A stretch of DNA of 64,000 nucleotides from an uncultured Chloroflexota bacterium (lineage in GTDB: Bacteria > Chloroflexota > UBA6077 > CF-72), in NCBI GenBank assembly GCA_964435115.1, contig CAYSYM010000014.1:115-64114 (forward strand), read 5' to 3'. Shown piece after piece: positions 8,596-16,931 of this stretch. The number at the start of each line of letters is the position of its first letter. Positions within the stretch are counted from its first letter, which is position 1. The notes beneath the pieces are model-generated. The model was not told the origin of the DNA and did no database searches. It was given only the letters and a program-made list of their open reading frames with translations. The position numbers and the translations under genes were made by a program.

Positions 8596-9607
8596 GCGAC
8601 CACCTCTCCTTTCCGGGCAGGCGCAGGCGGAGCCGTGCCCGCGGGCTGCGCAGCCAGGTCGTCCCGCCACCCAGCAGGCCCTGCGGGCGCAGCCAGACGA
8701 CGAGCATCAGCAAGACGCCGTACAGCACCATGCGCAGCCCGGCGAGGTCGCGCAGCACCTCGGGCAGGACGGTCAGCACGACGGCGCCGACAACCGGCCC
8801 GGCCAGCGTGCCCATGCCGCCGATCGCCACCATGGCGAGCAGCTCGATCATGCGCGCGATCAGGAACGGCTCGACGCTCACGAACGTGGTGTACTGCGCG
8901 TAGAGCACGCCCGCCGCTCCGGCGATGCCGGCCGAGGTGGCCAGCGCGACCGCACGGACGTGCGGCACCCGCACGCCGACGCTCGCCGCGGCCTGGTCGT
9001 CGTCGCGGGCGGCGATCAAGCTCACGCCCAGCGGCGAGCTCACGAACCGCCACACCACCAGCAGGGCCAGCGCCAGCAGCGCCAGCGCCAGGTAGAAACT
9101 GTCGCGATGCGTGGCGGCGGTCCAGCCAAGGACGGTAGGCCGGGGGATGCCGGGCAGCCCGCTCGCGCCGCGGGTCACGTCGTCCCAGTTGTAGGCGACC
9201 AGGCGGACGATCTCCGCGAACGCGAGCGTGGCCATGGCGAAGTAGTGGCCGCGCAGGCGCAGGATCGGCCGCGCCAGCAGCCAGCCGGCGCTGGCCGCGG
9301 CCAGCGTGCCGGCCAGCAGCGTGGCCGGCAGCGGGAGCCCGGTGCGCAGCGCGAGGAGCGCGCCGCTGTAGGCGCCGATTGCGTAGAAGCCGGTCTGGCC
9401 CAGCGAGATGAGCCCACCGTAGCCGAGCACCAGGTTCAGGCTGACGGCGAGCGTGGCCTGGAGTGTGGCGACGACGGCGAGCCGGTCGACGAAGGGGTCC
9501 TGGACGACCAGCGGGAAGAGCGCCGCCAGCACGAGCGCGATCCAGCCGGCGCGGCTGCACACGTGGGCCCAGAATCCCGCCAACCGTCCGCTCACGTGCC
9601 CGGCCAT
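8558..9607 (-). CDS. livM: Branched-chain amino acid ABC transporter permease
   Basis: Polytopic. LNLVLGYGGLISLGQTGFYAIGAY motif of LivM. The 3' end overlaps the livG start by about 38 nt. Confidence 0.88.
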   Translation of the reverse strand: MAGHVSGRLAGFWAHVCSRAGWIALVLAALFPLVVQDPFVDRLAVVATLQATLAVSLNLVLGYGGLISLGQTGFYAIGAYSGALLALRTGLPLPATLLAGTLAAASAGWLLARPILRLRGHYFAMATLAFAEIVRLVAYNWDDVTRGASGLPGIPRPTVLGWTAATHRDSFYLALALLALALLVVWRFVSSPLGVSLIAARDDDQAAASVGVRVPHVRAVALATSAGIAGAAGVLYAQYTTFVSVEPFLIARMIELLAMVAIGGMGTLAGPVVGAVVLTVLPEVLRDLAGLRMVLYGVLLMLVVWLRPQGLLGGGTTWLRSPRARLRLRLPGKERWSRARTPAYRSEPQ

Positions 9608-9618
9608 ATGCGACGCGC

Positions 9619-10503
9619 CTAGAGCTTCTCCGGGACCGCCTGCCCGAGCAGCCCCTGCGGCCTGACGGCGAGGACGACAATGAGGAGCCCGAACACCACC
9701 GCGTCGACCCAGGTAGGCGAGATGTAGCCGGCCAGGAGAACCTCGAACACGCCGAGCAGGAGGCCGCCGGCCACAGCGCCCGGCAGATTCCCCACCCCGC
9801 CGATGACCGTGGCGGTATAGCCCTTGATCAGCGCCGGCTGGCCCATGGTTGGGTAGACCGCGCCGTACAGCGCGCCCACCAGCACGCCGGCTGCCCCGGC
9901 CAGCGCCGACCCAGCGGCGAAGGCGACCGCGATCGTGCGCGCGGTGTTCACGCCCATCAGCGTCGCGGTCTCGGCGTCGATGGCGGTGGCTCGAATCGCA
10001 CGTCCGAGCTGAGAGGAGCGGAGCACGGCCTGCAAGCCGGCGAGCAGCGCCACGGCCGAGCCGAGGATCACCAGCTTGAGCACGGGGACGGAGGCCGGGC
10101 CCACGGCGACGTTGCCGGGCGTCCAGGCCAGCGAGAAGGAGCGCAGCTCCGAGCCCCAGACGTAGGCGGCGAGGTACTGGAGCGCTATGGACAGGCCCAC
10201 CGCGCTGATGATCGACGCGATGTGTGACGCGTGGGCCAGCGGCCGGAACACGCCGCGCTCGACCAGGAGGCCGAGGATCGCCCCCAGCGTGAGGGCGAGC
10301 GCGAGGACGACGACGAACTGGACCGCGCCCCCCGAAGGCAGCGCCGGCAGGAGGGCAAGGACCAGGAAGGCGACCAGCATGTACAGCTCGCCGTGGGCGA
10401 ACTGGGCCACCCGCAGCACGCCGAAGATCAGGGCAAAGCCGAGCGCCACCAGGGCGTACACCCCGCCAATGGCCAGGCCGCTGACGAGCTGGTCGACGAG
10501 CAC
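9619..10503 (-). CDS. livH: Branched-chain amino acid ABC transporter permease
   Basis: MLVDQLVSGLAIGGVYALVALGFALIFGV... is the canonical LivH N-terminus. GTG start. Confidence 0.9.
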   Translation of the reverse strand: MLVDQLVSGLAIGGVYALVALGFALIFGVLRVAQFAHGELYMLVAFLVLALLPALPSGGAVQFVVVLALALTLGAILGLLVERGVFRPLAHASHIASIISAVGLSIALQYLAAYVWGSELRSFSLAWTPGNVAVGPASVPVLKLVILGSAVALLAGLQAVLRSSQLGRAIRATAIDAETATLMGVNTARTIAVAFAAGSALAGAAGVLVGALYGAVYPTMGQPALIKGYTATVIGGVGNLPGAVAGGLLLGVFEVLLAGYISPTWVDAVVFGLLIVVLAVRPQGLLGQAVPEKL

Positions 10504-10510
10504 GCGGCCC

Positions 10511-11638
10511 CTACGGCTGCCAGGGCTCGAAACGCCCGTTCCTCACGACGAGGTAGTCGAACTGCTGGTAGATCGCCTGCCGGTTGGCATCGAAGGTGAG
10601 CGCGCCCACGCCGGTCGGCAGCTCCTTCAGCTTCGTCAGGCCGTCGCGGATACCCGCGCGGGTGGGCCCGCTCGTGCTCGCCGCTTCGGCGATCGCCAGC
10701 GTGGCGCTATTGGCATAGACCACGAAGGGGCTGGCGGGCTGCCCGTACTTCTCCTGGTAGGCCCGCGCCACCTCGTCCCAGAGCTGCCCCTGCGCCACGC
10801 GGTCCGTCACCACGCCTTCGACTGCCGGCCCGCCGACCTCGACGAAGCCCGGCGAGATGATCGCACCGGAGGCGAACCAGCGGGTCTCCAGGCCCGCGGC
10901 CTTGGCCTGCTTGATCAGCAGCACGGCGTCGCTATAGTAGCTGCTGAGGTAGACGGCTTCTGGCGCCGCGCCCTTCAGCTTGATGATGGTGCTGGTGAAG
11001 TCCCTGGCGTCCGGCTGGTAGGCCTCGTTCAGCACGACCGTCCCGCCGTTGGCCTGGATTCGCTCCACGAAGTAGCCGTTCTCGGCCTTGCCGAAGTCCG
11101 TGTTCAGGTACGCCGCCGCCACCTTCGTGAGGCCAAGCTTCTTCGTGATCAGGTCGGCCATGGCCTGCGAGCCGATGTCGTTCGTCGGGCTGACGCGGAA
11201 CACCCACTCGTTGCCCTGCTGGGTGATCTTCGGGTCGGAGGCGGAGATGACGACGAGCGGAAGCTGGTTGGCCTTGTAGATGGGCATGGCGGCGTACACG
11301 GTGCTGCTGGTGAAGTGGCCCATGCTGGCGACGATACCGGGATCGGCGGTCAACTTCTGCGCGACGTTCGCCGACTCGGTGGTGTCATTGCGGTCGTCGA
11401 ACGGCACGATCTTGAGCTGCCGCCCGTTAACCCCGCCGGCGGCATTGATCCTGGCCGCGGCAAGCTCGGCGCCGCGCGTAAAGTCCTGGCCGTACTGGGC
11501 GGCGTCGCCGGACATGGGGCCCACCACCGCGATCCGGAGATCGCCACCGGGCGCGGCAGCGGGCTGTGGCGCGCAGGCCGCCACGAGGAGTGGCACCGCT
11601 ACCAGGAGTAGCAGGCGGCGAAGGGCTGGACGCGGCAT
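10511..11638 (-). CDS. livJ: ABC transporter substrate-binding lipoprotein, type-1 periplasmic binding fold (Leu/Ile/Val-binding family)
   Basis: The ATG at 11638 is preceded by AGGAGAGGAGAA. Signal/lipobox LLLLVAVPLLVAAC. IAVVGPMSGDAAQYG motif of LivJ/K-type binders. Confidence 0.88.
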   Translation of the reverse strand: MPRPALRRLLLLVAVPLLVAACAPQPAAAPGGDLRIAVVGPMSGDAAQYGQDFTRGAELAAARINAAGGVNGRQLKIVPFDDRNDTTESANVAQKLTADPGIVASMGHFTSSTVYAAMPIYKANQLPLVVISASDPKITQQGNEWVFRVSPTNDIGSQAMADLITKKLGLTKVAAAYLNTDFGKAENGYFVERIQANGGTVVLNEAYQPDARDFTSTIIKLKGAAPEAVYLSSYYSDAVLLIKQAKAAGLETRWFASGAIISPGFVEVGGPAVEGVVTDRVAQGQLWDEVARAYQEKYGQPASPFVVYANSATLAIAEAASTSGPTRAGIRDGLTKLKELPTGVGALTFDANRQAIYQQFDYLVVRNGRFEPWQP

Positions 11639-11980
11639 CTGGCGTTCTCCTCTCCTGAGTGGCCTGGCTGGCGGGCTCGGGCTGCGGAGCCGCGCGCCCG
11701 TACGGACGGCTCCGCTCGCGGGCTGGCGCGCGGGAGCGCCGCGCGGCACCCACCGGGTCAAAGTTGAGCTGCCCTATCAGTGTAGTCGAGTACTGGGCCG
11801 GGCGAGCCGAAATGGCCGGCGCCACGCTGGCGGCGCGGCGCCTCGCGGCTGGCACACCACTTCGCGGGGGCAGAGCCGCCCGGGTGCTTCGACCCGCCGA
11901 GCGCTCCGGCTGAGTGGCCGCGGACCCGCCGGGGAGTACCGTAGGGGTTACTCTTGCACCGACTCCACGGAGGTCTGACC

Positions 11981-12382
11981 ATGACCGCCACGTATGAGTC
12001 GCGGACCATCAGTGTTGCCATCGACCGCCCTCCGCGCGAGGTCTATGACTTCGCCGTCGTTCCCGAAAACCTGCCGAGGTGGGCAACGGGTCTGGGGTCG
12101 TCGGGAGAGCCAGCGGGCGACGCTTGGGTAGCGCAGACGGTGGAGGGGCCAGTGCGGGTGCGGTTCGTGGAGCGGAACGAGCTGGGCGTGCTGGACCACT
12201 ACGTCACGCTCCCCGGAGGCAACGTGGTCTACAACCCGATGCGTGTGGTCGGGAACGGCAGCGGCAGCGAACTGAGCTTCACGCTCTTCCACCTGCCCGG
12301 GGTGACGGGAGAGCAGTTCGAAGCGGACGCCGCGTGGGTGGCGCGGGACCTGAACGCGCTCAAGCTGCTGCTCGAAGGCTGA
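11981..12382 (+). CDS. SRPBCC (polyketide cyclase/AHSA1-like) family protein
   Basis: The ATG at 11981 follows GGAGG at 11968-11972. 133 aa, with IDRPPREVYDFAVVPENLPRW typical of SRPBCC ligand-binding folds. Confidence 0.7.
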   Translation: MTATYESRTISVAIDRPPREVYDFAVVPENLPRWATGLGSSGEPAGDAWVAQTVEGPVRVRFVERNELGVLDHYVTLPGGNVVYNPMRVVGNGSGSELSFTLFHLPGVTGEQFEADAAWVARDLNALKLLLEG

Positions 12383-12435
12383 AGGGTAGTCGCGCTATCG
12401 CGTGACGATCGCTCCATCGTGCCTCCCGCGGCGTA

Positions 12436-13587
12436 CTACGCCCTCAGCCCCGCGTGATCGAGTCGCTCCAGGAGGCTCGGCCGCTTCGCATACCGATCCC
12501 GTAGCCGGCCGACGCGTGCTGCGAATGCGTCGGCGCTCTCCTGGCGAGCGCTGAGGTCGCGGAGATTCTTGAGAAGTTGCACCGCCTGGTCGTACTCCCT
12601 CGGACGCTTGGCCTCGACGAGCGCCTCACCCTGGCGCCAGAGCTCCTCCTCCCGGCCGACGAGGCTATCAAGGTGCCTTGCCCTGGCAGCGGCCTGGTCC
12701 CGCTCCCGGCGCGCTTGCTCGACGGCCTTCCGCTCGACCTCCTGTCGGCGACGCAGCTCGGCCCGTTCCTCGGCTGCCGAGAGCAGCTCCGCGACCGTGC
12801 GTCCACCGACGCGAGCATCAAAGCGCGGAGCGTTCGCCTGGCGGAAACGCCCAAGGATTTCGGCACGAACGTGCGCTTCGTTGCCCTTGACCAACCGGAT
12901 CAGCAAGCCATCTTTTTCGGAAACCGGGAGATCCGCGACCCAGCGCTCGAGGTCGTCCGGCGACGGCGCCTCCGGGATCTCAGGGCTGCCTGCGGCGGCG
13001 ACAGCGAGCAGGTCGTCGTCGAGGCGCAAGAACTCGGCCAAGGCTTTGAGCGATGCCGAGAGGCGGCCAAGCCCCGGTGGTAGCGGCGGCTCGTGCTCCT
13101 CGTCATCGAGCAGCCCGGCCCGGGCGCCGGCAAGCCAGCCCAGGTAGCGGGCGCGCAGATCGCCACCGGCGAGCTCGGCGCGCAGCGGAAGGAGCGCCGG
13201 CATCCAGCTCGCCGCCTCCTCGTCCTCGACCCAGCCGGCGCCTTCTTCGTCTTCCGAAGTGAATTCCAGGATCAGCCGCTGACCCCTCGCCTGAACGTCC
13301 AGGGACCCGTCGACCGCGTAGGACCGCGCCGTCTGCGCGTCGAGGAGACGACCGGGCAGCCGGAGCATGAATCGGTGCGTGCCCCAGTTGGCGACGTAGA
13401 CGAAGGCGTCGAAGTACTTCTCCATCAACCTCAAGGGATCACCCTTGAAGTCGCCCCAGTGATAGAAGTTCTGGAACTGCGTCGGGGTGATCCTGGCCCG
13501 CGTGGAGAGCGCCCGCAGCTCCGCCATCTCCTGGGGCGTGAGCGGCTGGTCAACGGCCTGGAACTCGTAGTACTGGTACTCGCTCAT
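12436..13587 (-). CDS. Conserved hypothetical protein (N-terminus MSEYQYYEFQAVDQPL...), with an acidic linker and a charged coiled-coil C-terminus
   Basis: ATG at 13587. 383 aa with ordinary, non-shadow composition. I recall the distinctive MSEYQYYEF start from uncharacterised proteins in other bacteria. No enzymatic motif recognised. Confidence 0.7.
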   Translation of the reverse strand: MSEYQYYEFQAVDQPLTPQEMAELRALSTRARITPTQFQNFYHWGDFKGDPLRLMEKYFDAFVYVANWGTHRFMLRLPGRLLDAQTARSYAVDGSLDVQARGQRLILEFTSEDEEGAGWVEDEEAASWMPALLPLRAELAGGDLRARYLGWLAGARAGLLDDEEHEPPLPPGLGRLSASLKALAEFLRLDDDLLAVAAAGSPEIPEAPSPDDLERWVADLPVSEKDGLLIRLVKGNEAHVRAEILGRFRQANAPRFDARVGGRTVAELLSAAEERAELRRRQEVERKAVEQARRERDQAAARARHLDSLVGREEELWRQGEALVEAKRPREYDQAVQLLKNLRDLSARQESADAFAARVGRLRDRYAKRPSLLERLDHAGLRA

Positions 13588-13601
13588 CTCAGCGACCTCG
13601 T

Positions 13602-14180
13602 CGCTTCCGCTTCCTCGGCTGCACGGCCGACGGGCACGAGACCGCCGCAGCCGTCGGCGGTGACGAGATCGCGTTCCGCGCCAACGCGGGGCCCGTCCTG
13701 GGCGGCTCGCCAATCGACTTCCTCGGCGGGACGATCACCGGGCTCAGCCGCGGGCGGGGAGCGCTCGGCCGCGTGCGGGCCGTGGGCGGCTTCCTGGTCA
13801 ACGCGGGGCGGGTCCGCGGCGGCGTCACCGCGCACTGCGAGTTGCCGGAGAATCTCGCCCGCCGCCTGGGTCTCGGGTCGCCGGTGCGCCGCGGCCTGGT
13901 GCACGCGCTTGAGCGATGGGACGGCCGCGGCCTGCCGGCCGGCCTGGCAGGCGAAGCCATCGAGCTGTCGTCACGGATCGTGTCCCTGGCGCGCGATGTC
14001 GAGGTGCTCCACCGGCTCTGCCCGCCCGACGAGGTCCGCACCATGCTGCACCGCCGGCGCGGGGCTGCCTACGATCCCGCGGTCGTGGACGCGTTCGAGC
14101 GGTGCCGGCCGGCGATCGTCGAGGAGCTTGAGGCCGGCCAGGGTATCGCGCCCGGAGCCGGCGGGACCCTGCCGGCCGGC
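13602..14180 (+). pseudogene. Remnant of an HD-domain phosphohydrolase-like regulator; N-terminal part missing, no start codon, no stop before 14792
   Basis: The frame is open from 13542. The translation FLGCTADGHETAAAVGGDEIAFRA...AHCELPENLARRLGLGSPVRRGLVHALERWDGRGLPAGLAGEAIELSSRIVSLARDVEVLHR...AYDPAVVDAF resembles the C-terminal two-thirds of actinobacterial-type HD-domain proteins. There is no ATG or GTG before 13773. The frame then runs antisense into the next gene. Confidence 0.45.
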
Positions 14181-16049
14181 TCAGTTCACGACGAGCGGGA
14201 TCTCGACCGACTTCGTGATCCCACCGCCGGACGCCTCGAGGGTGATCCAGTAGATGTCGCCCTCCGGGACACGCGTGGTCTCGAAGCGGATGGCGGCGAC
14301 GTCTCCGGGCTGGATCGGGCCCGGGAGCGCCACGTCGAACGGCAGCGTGCTGCCGTCCTGCACGTCGTCAGGGAAGCGGTTCCTGCTCCAGCGCGCGATC
14401 GCGAGCGTGATGGGGTCGTTGAAGTCCTCGCGACTGAACGTCGTCACGCGGTACTCGGCAGGCTGGCCCCGGGCCACCGTGTCGCCCACCGGCCCTTCGG
14501 CCACGGACATGACGAACTCGCGCGCCACGCTGCCGGGCAGGCCCAGCCGCGGGGCGATGACGGGCGCGGCCGGGTCCACACCCTCCTCTACGACCAGGAG
14601 CGGGTCGCCGCCGATGTAGTAGTAGCCGGGCGGGTCCAGCGGGTGGGACGCCGTGGCGCCCGGAAGGTCGACCACCCACCAGCCCTGGCTCTCCTGGAGC
14701 GCGCGCTCGCCGCCCCGTCGGTCGACCAGCCTGGCGCTCGTGCCGTTCTTCTTCACGCGCACCGTGCTCGTGGAGCCGTCGCCGTTCCATAGCACGCTGA
14801 CCCGCTGGTTACCGGGGCGATCCAGGGCTACCTGGTACACCTGCCAGTTGGGCACGAGCGCGCCGGGATCGTCGGGCCAGACCGAGATCCCGAACGGGTT
14901 GCGCTCGCGTTTGAGCGGGACGAACCGGGCCTGGGCGTAGCCGGAGAAGGAGCGGATCGCCACCTTCAGCGCATCCGCGACCGGGCGCCGGCTGCCGTCG
15001 TCTCGGGTGAGCCCCCACGCCTCGGGCTGCTGGCACGAGTCGTCGTCGACGATCTGGTAGAACTCGATGCGCTGGTAGCCCGCGGCCGCGGCCATGGCCA
15101 ACGCCTGCACGCCGTAGGCGGCCTGCTGCTCCATCGTGGTCGGTACGAACTTCTTGCTCGGTACGTGCCTGTCCGCGCAGGGGATCTGCCGGTCGTCAGA
15201 CGGCATGGCGTTCGTTTCTGTCAGCCAGACCGGCTTGTCGAGGCCGAACTTCCGCTGGATGCCCTTGAACACACCGTAAACGCGGTAGACGTCGTCCGGG
15301 GCCCGGTACAGGTTCAGCGACACCACGTCGTGGTAGAAGCCGTTGCTGGCGGCGTCGGGATCCCGTGCCAGGATGGCGAGGATACGCTCGTAGAACTGCG
15401 TTCGGCCGACGTTCTGCTCGACCCAGTAGGACGTGCCGGGGAAGGAGACCGTGGCGGAGGGGTTGGCCTTCTTCGCGGCCAGGTAGCCCACCTTCATGAG
15501 CTGGGCGAACTCCTCGTCGGTGCCCTTCCAGGTGAACGAGCCGCCGGCGCCCGGGTCCGTCTCGCGGAACTCGGGCTCGTTCCAGATGATCCACTCGTTG
15601 ATGCGGCCCGCGTAGTACTTCACCGTCTCGTAGACGAAGCGGCCGAAGTAGTTGTCCGGGTGGTCGAACGGGAGGAAGAGGTTCCTGGGCACCGAGCGCT
15701 GGCCGTCGGCCGGGTTCTGCTGAGCCCAGGCGGGCGTGAACTGGAGGAGGCCTGCCACTCGGACGCCCCGGTTGAGCTCTCCCTGCAGCTTCTTCTTGTC
15801 GAGTGAAAAGCCGAGGTTGCTGAAATCACCCGGGCCCCTGGGCTGGATCTGGCTCCAGCCGAGCACCAGCCGTTCCCAGCCGGCTCCCAGGTCGGCCATC
15901 GTGCTGACGTTCTTGTACCCCTCGGCGATGCCGAGCCGCGGATCCAGCGCCGGTGCCGGGACGGTGCCAGCCGGCTCGGCCAGCGCAGGGGTGGCGGAAC
16001 CGACGACCACGCTCAGGAGAACCACGACCGAGACGACGCGACGCTTCAT
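14181..16049 (-). CDS. Secreted glycoside hydrolase, clan GH-A-like (beta/alpha)8 catalytic domain plus a ~290-aa C-terminal region of unknown function
   Basis: The ATG at 16049 gives the signal peptide MKRRVVSVVVLLSVVVGSATPALA. IIWNEPE (acid/base Glu) and VWLTETN (nucleophile Glu) motifs have clan GH-A spacing. The C-terminal half looks beta-rich. Confidence 0.75.
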   Translation of the reverse strand: MKRRVVSVVVLLSVVVGSATPALAEPAGTVPAPALDPRLGIAEGYKNVSTMADLGAGWERLVLGWSQIQPRGPGDFSNLGFSLDKKKLQGELNRGVRVAGLLQFTPAWAQQNPADGQRSVPRNLFLPFDHPDNYFGRFVYETVKYYAGRINEWIIWNEPEFRETDPGAGGSFTWKGTDEEFAQLMKVGYLAAKKANPSATVSFPGTSYWVEQNVGRTQFYERILAILARDPDAASNGFYHDVVSLNLYRAPDDVYRVYGVFKGIQRKFGLDKPVWLTETNAMPSDDRQIPCADRHVPSKKFVPTTMEQQAAYGVQALAMAAAAGYQRIEFYQIVDDDSCQQPEAWGLTRDDGSRRPVADALKVAIRSFSGYAQARFVPLKRERNPFGISVWPDDPGALVPNWQVYQVALDRPGNQRVSVLWNGDGSTSTVRVKKNGTSARLVDRRGGERALQESQGWWVVDLPGATASHPLDPPGYYYIGGDPLLVVEEGVDPAAPVIAPRLGLPGSVAREFVMSVAEGPVGDTVARGQPAEYRVTTFSREDFNDPITLAIARWSRNRFPDDVQDGSTLPFDVALPGPIQPGDVAAIRFETTRVPEGDIYWITLEASGGGITKSVEIPLVVN

Positions 16050-16204
16050 TCGCCTGTCCTTCCAGGTGAGAGGGCGGGTGGCCACTTCCGCCGCGGCCTG
16101 GCGACGGGCGGGGTCGGCAGCGCCGATTCATAGTCCGGCACTGGCGGTCGCCACAAGGGGGCGGTACGTGCCCGAATCTGTGGGTGGGTGAGGGACCAGC
16201 GCCC

Positions 16205-16237
16205 GGACCCGCGGACCCGGGAGGGCCAGCGGACCCG
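16205..16237. repeat. Three direct copies of GGACCCG in a divergent intergenic region
   Basis: GGACCCG occurs at 16205-16211, 16213-16219 and 16231-16237. The copies are bracketed by the inverted repeat GTGGGTGG (16180-16187) / CCACCCAC (16249-16256). Confidence 0.5.
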
Positions 16238-16398
16238 GGGCTGATGCTCCACCCACTCCAATCATCGGCAGTTGGCACCGCCTGGCCCAGAGCCAGCTCG
16301 TGCGTGGAACGAAGCCCGTCGAGCGAGTGGCAGTTCTACGTGCGCCGCTGAGCGGGCGCCGGTCCGGTGGCGGCAGGGCCACCTCGCGTGTGGGGATG

Positions 16399-16427
16399 TT
16401 GACGCGACGGCTGCGCGGCGCCATAGT
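16399..16427 (+). promoter_or_regulatory. Sigma-70-like promoter (TTGACG-N17-CATAGT) driving a leaderless or near-leaderless mRNA
   Basis: -35 TTGACG at 16399-16404, a 17-nt spacer, and -10 CATAGT at 16422-16427. The ATG at 16437 is only 9 nt past the -10, with no SD. Confidence 0.4.
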
Positions 16428-16436
16428 CTGGTCACG

Positions 16437-16805
16437 ATGCTCGGTGCTTCACGGGTGAGTCCTCGAACAGGATCGCTGCGCTCGCCGCTGCCGCTGCTGG
16501 CGGCGGGCATCCTCGTCGCGCTGCTGCTGATTCTCCTGGTGGCCCAGCCACCCAGACAGCCGAGCTTCGACCCGTCCACCGTCGAGGCGCTCAGCCCGAG
16601 TGAAGTCCTGACCCTCGTGGCTCGCGAGATGCGGTCGGACGAAGCGGCGCTCCAGGTCGTGCGCGAGGGCCAGGCGCGCTTCGACGACGGGACGTGGTAC
16701 GTCACGGTCGGGGACGCGCAGTTCCACTTCAGCCAGCGGAACCGCGTCGTCGTGGCCGATAACGAGGCGGCCCAGGTCCTGCAGTTCCGCAGCCGGTCGC
16801 CCTGA
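16437..16805 (+). CDS. Hypothetical membrane-anchored protein
   Basis: ATG at 16437. One N-terminal TM helix (PLPLLAAGILVALLLILLVA) is followed by a ~80-aa soluble domain. Composition is not shadow-like. Confidence 0.5.
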   Translation: MLGASRVSPRTGSLRSPLPLLAAGILVALLLILLVAQPPRQPSFDPSTVEALSPSEVLTLVAREMRSDEAALQVVREGQARFDDGTWYVTVGDAQFHFSQRNRVVVADNEAAQVLQFRSRSP

Positions 16806-16931
16806 GCCACTGCCGGCCGGGGGTTGGCGCCTCGCGGTTGGGGGTCAGCGCCCAGCGCTCGGGCACCCCGGGCCAGGGACCCGAGACCTCAGCCGTGAGA
16901 CCTCCGGCCCGCAGCCCGCGGCACGTCGCGC

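Noticed and set aside
8309-11611. Long plus-strand ORFs (8309..9622, 9463..10227, 10187..11611) antisense to livM, livH and livJ
   Set aside because: They are Arg/Asp/Gly/His-rich low-complexity translations. The opposite strand encodes textbook Liv proteins with RBSs and coupled stops and starts.
11740-11800. Locally AT-richer patch (ggtcaaagttgagctgccctatcagtgtagtcgagtactgg) in the livJ/SRPBCC divergent region as a promoter or operator
   Set aside because: It probably is regulatory, but I could not fit a convincing -35/-10 pair (best 3-4 of 6 matches) or a clean palindrome on either strand, so I did not call it as a feature.
13093-14253. 386-aa plus-strand ORF spanning the hypothetical gene and the HD remnant
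   Set aside because: It is antisense to, or out of frame with, the two sequences that show protein-like composition. Its own translation is Ser/Arg/Ala/Pro-rich and has no motifs.
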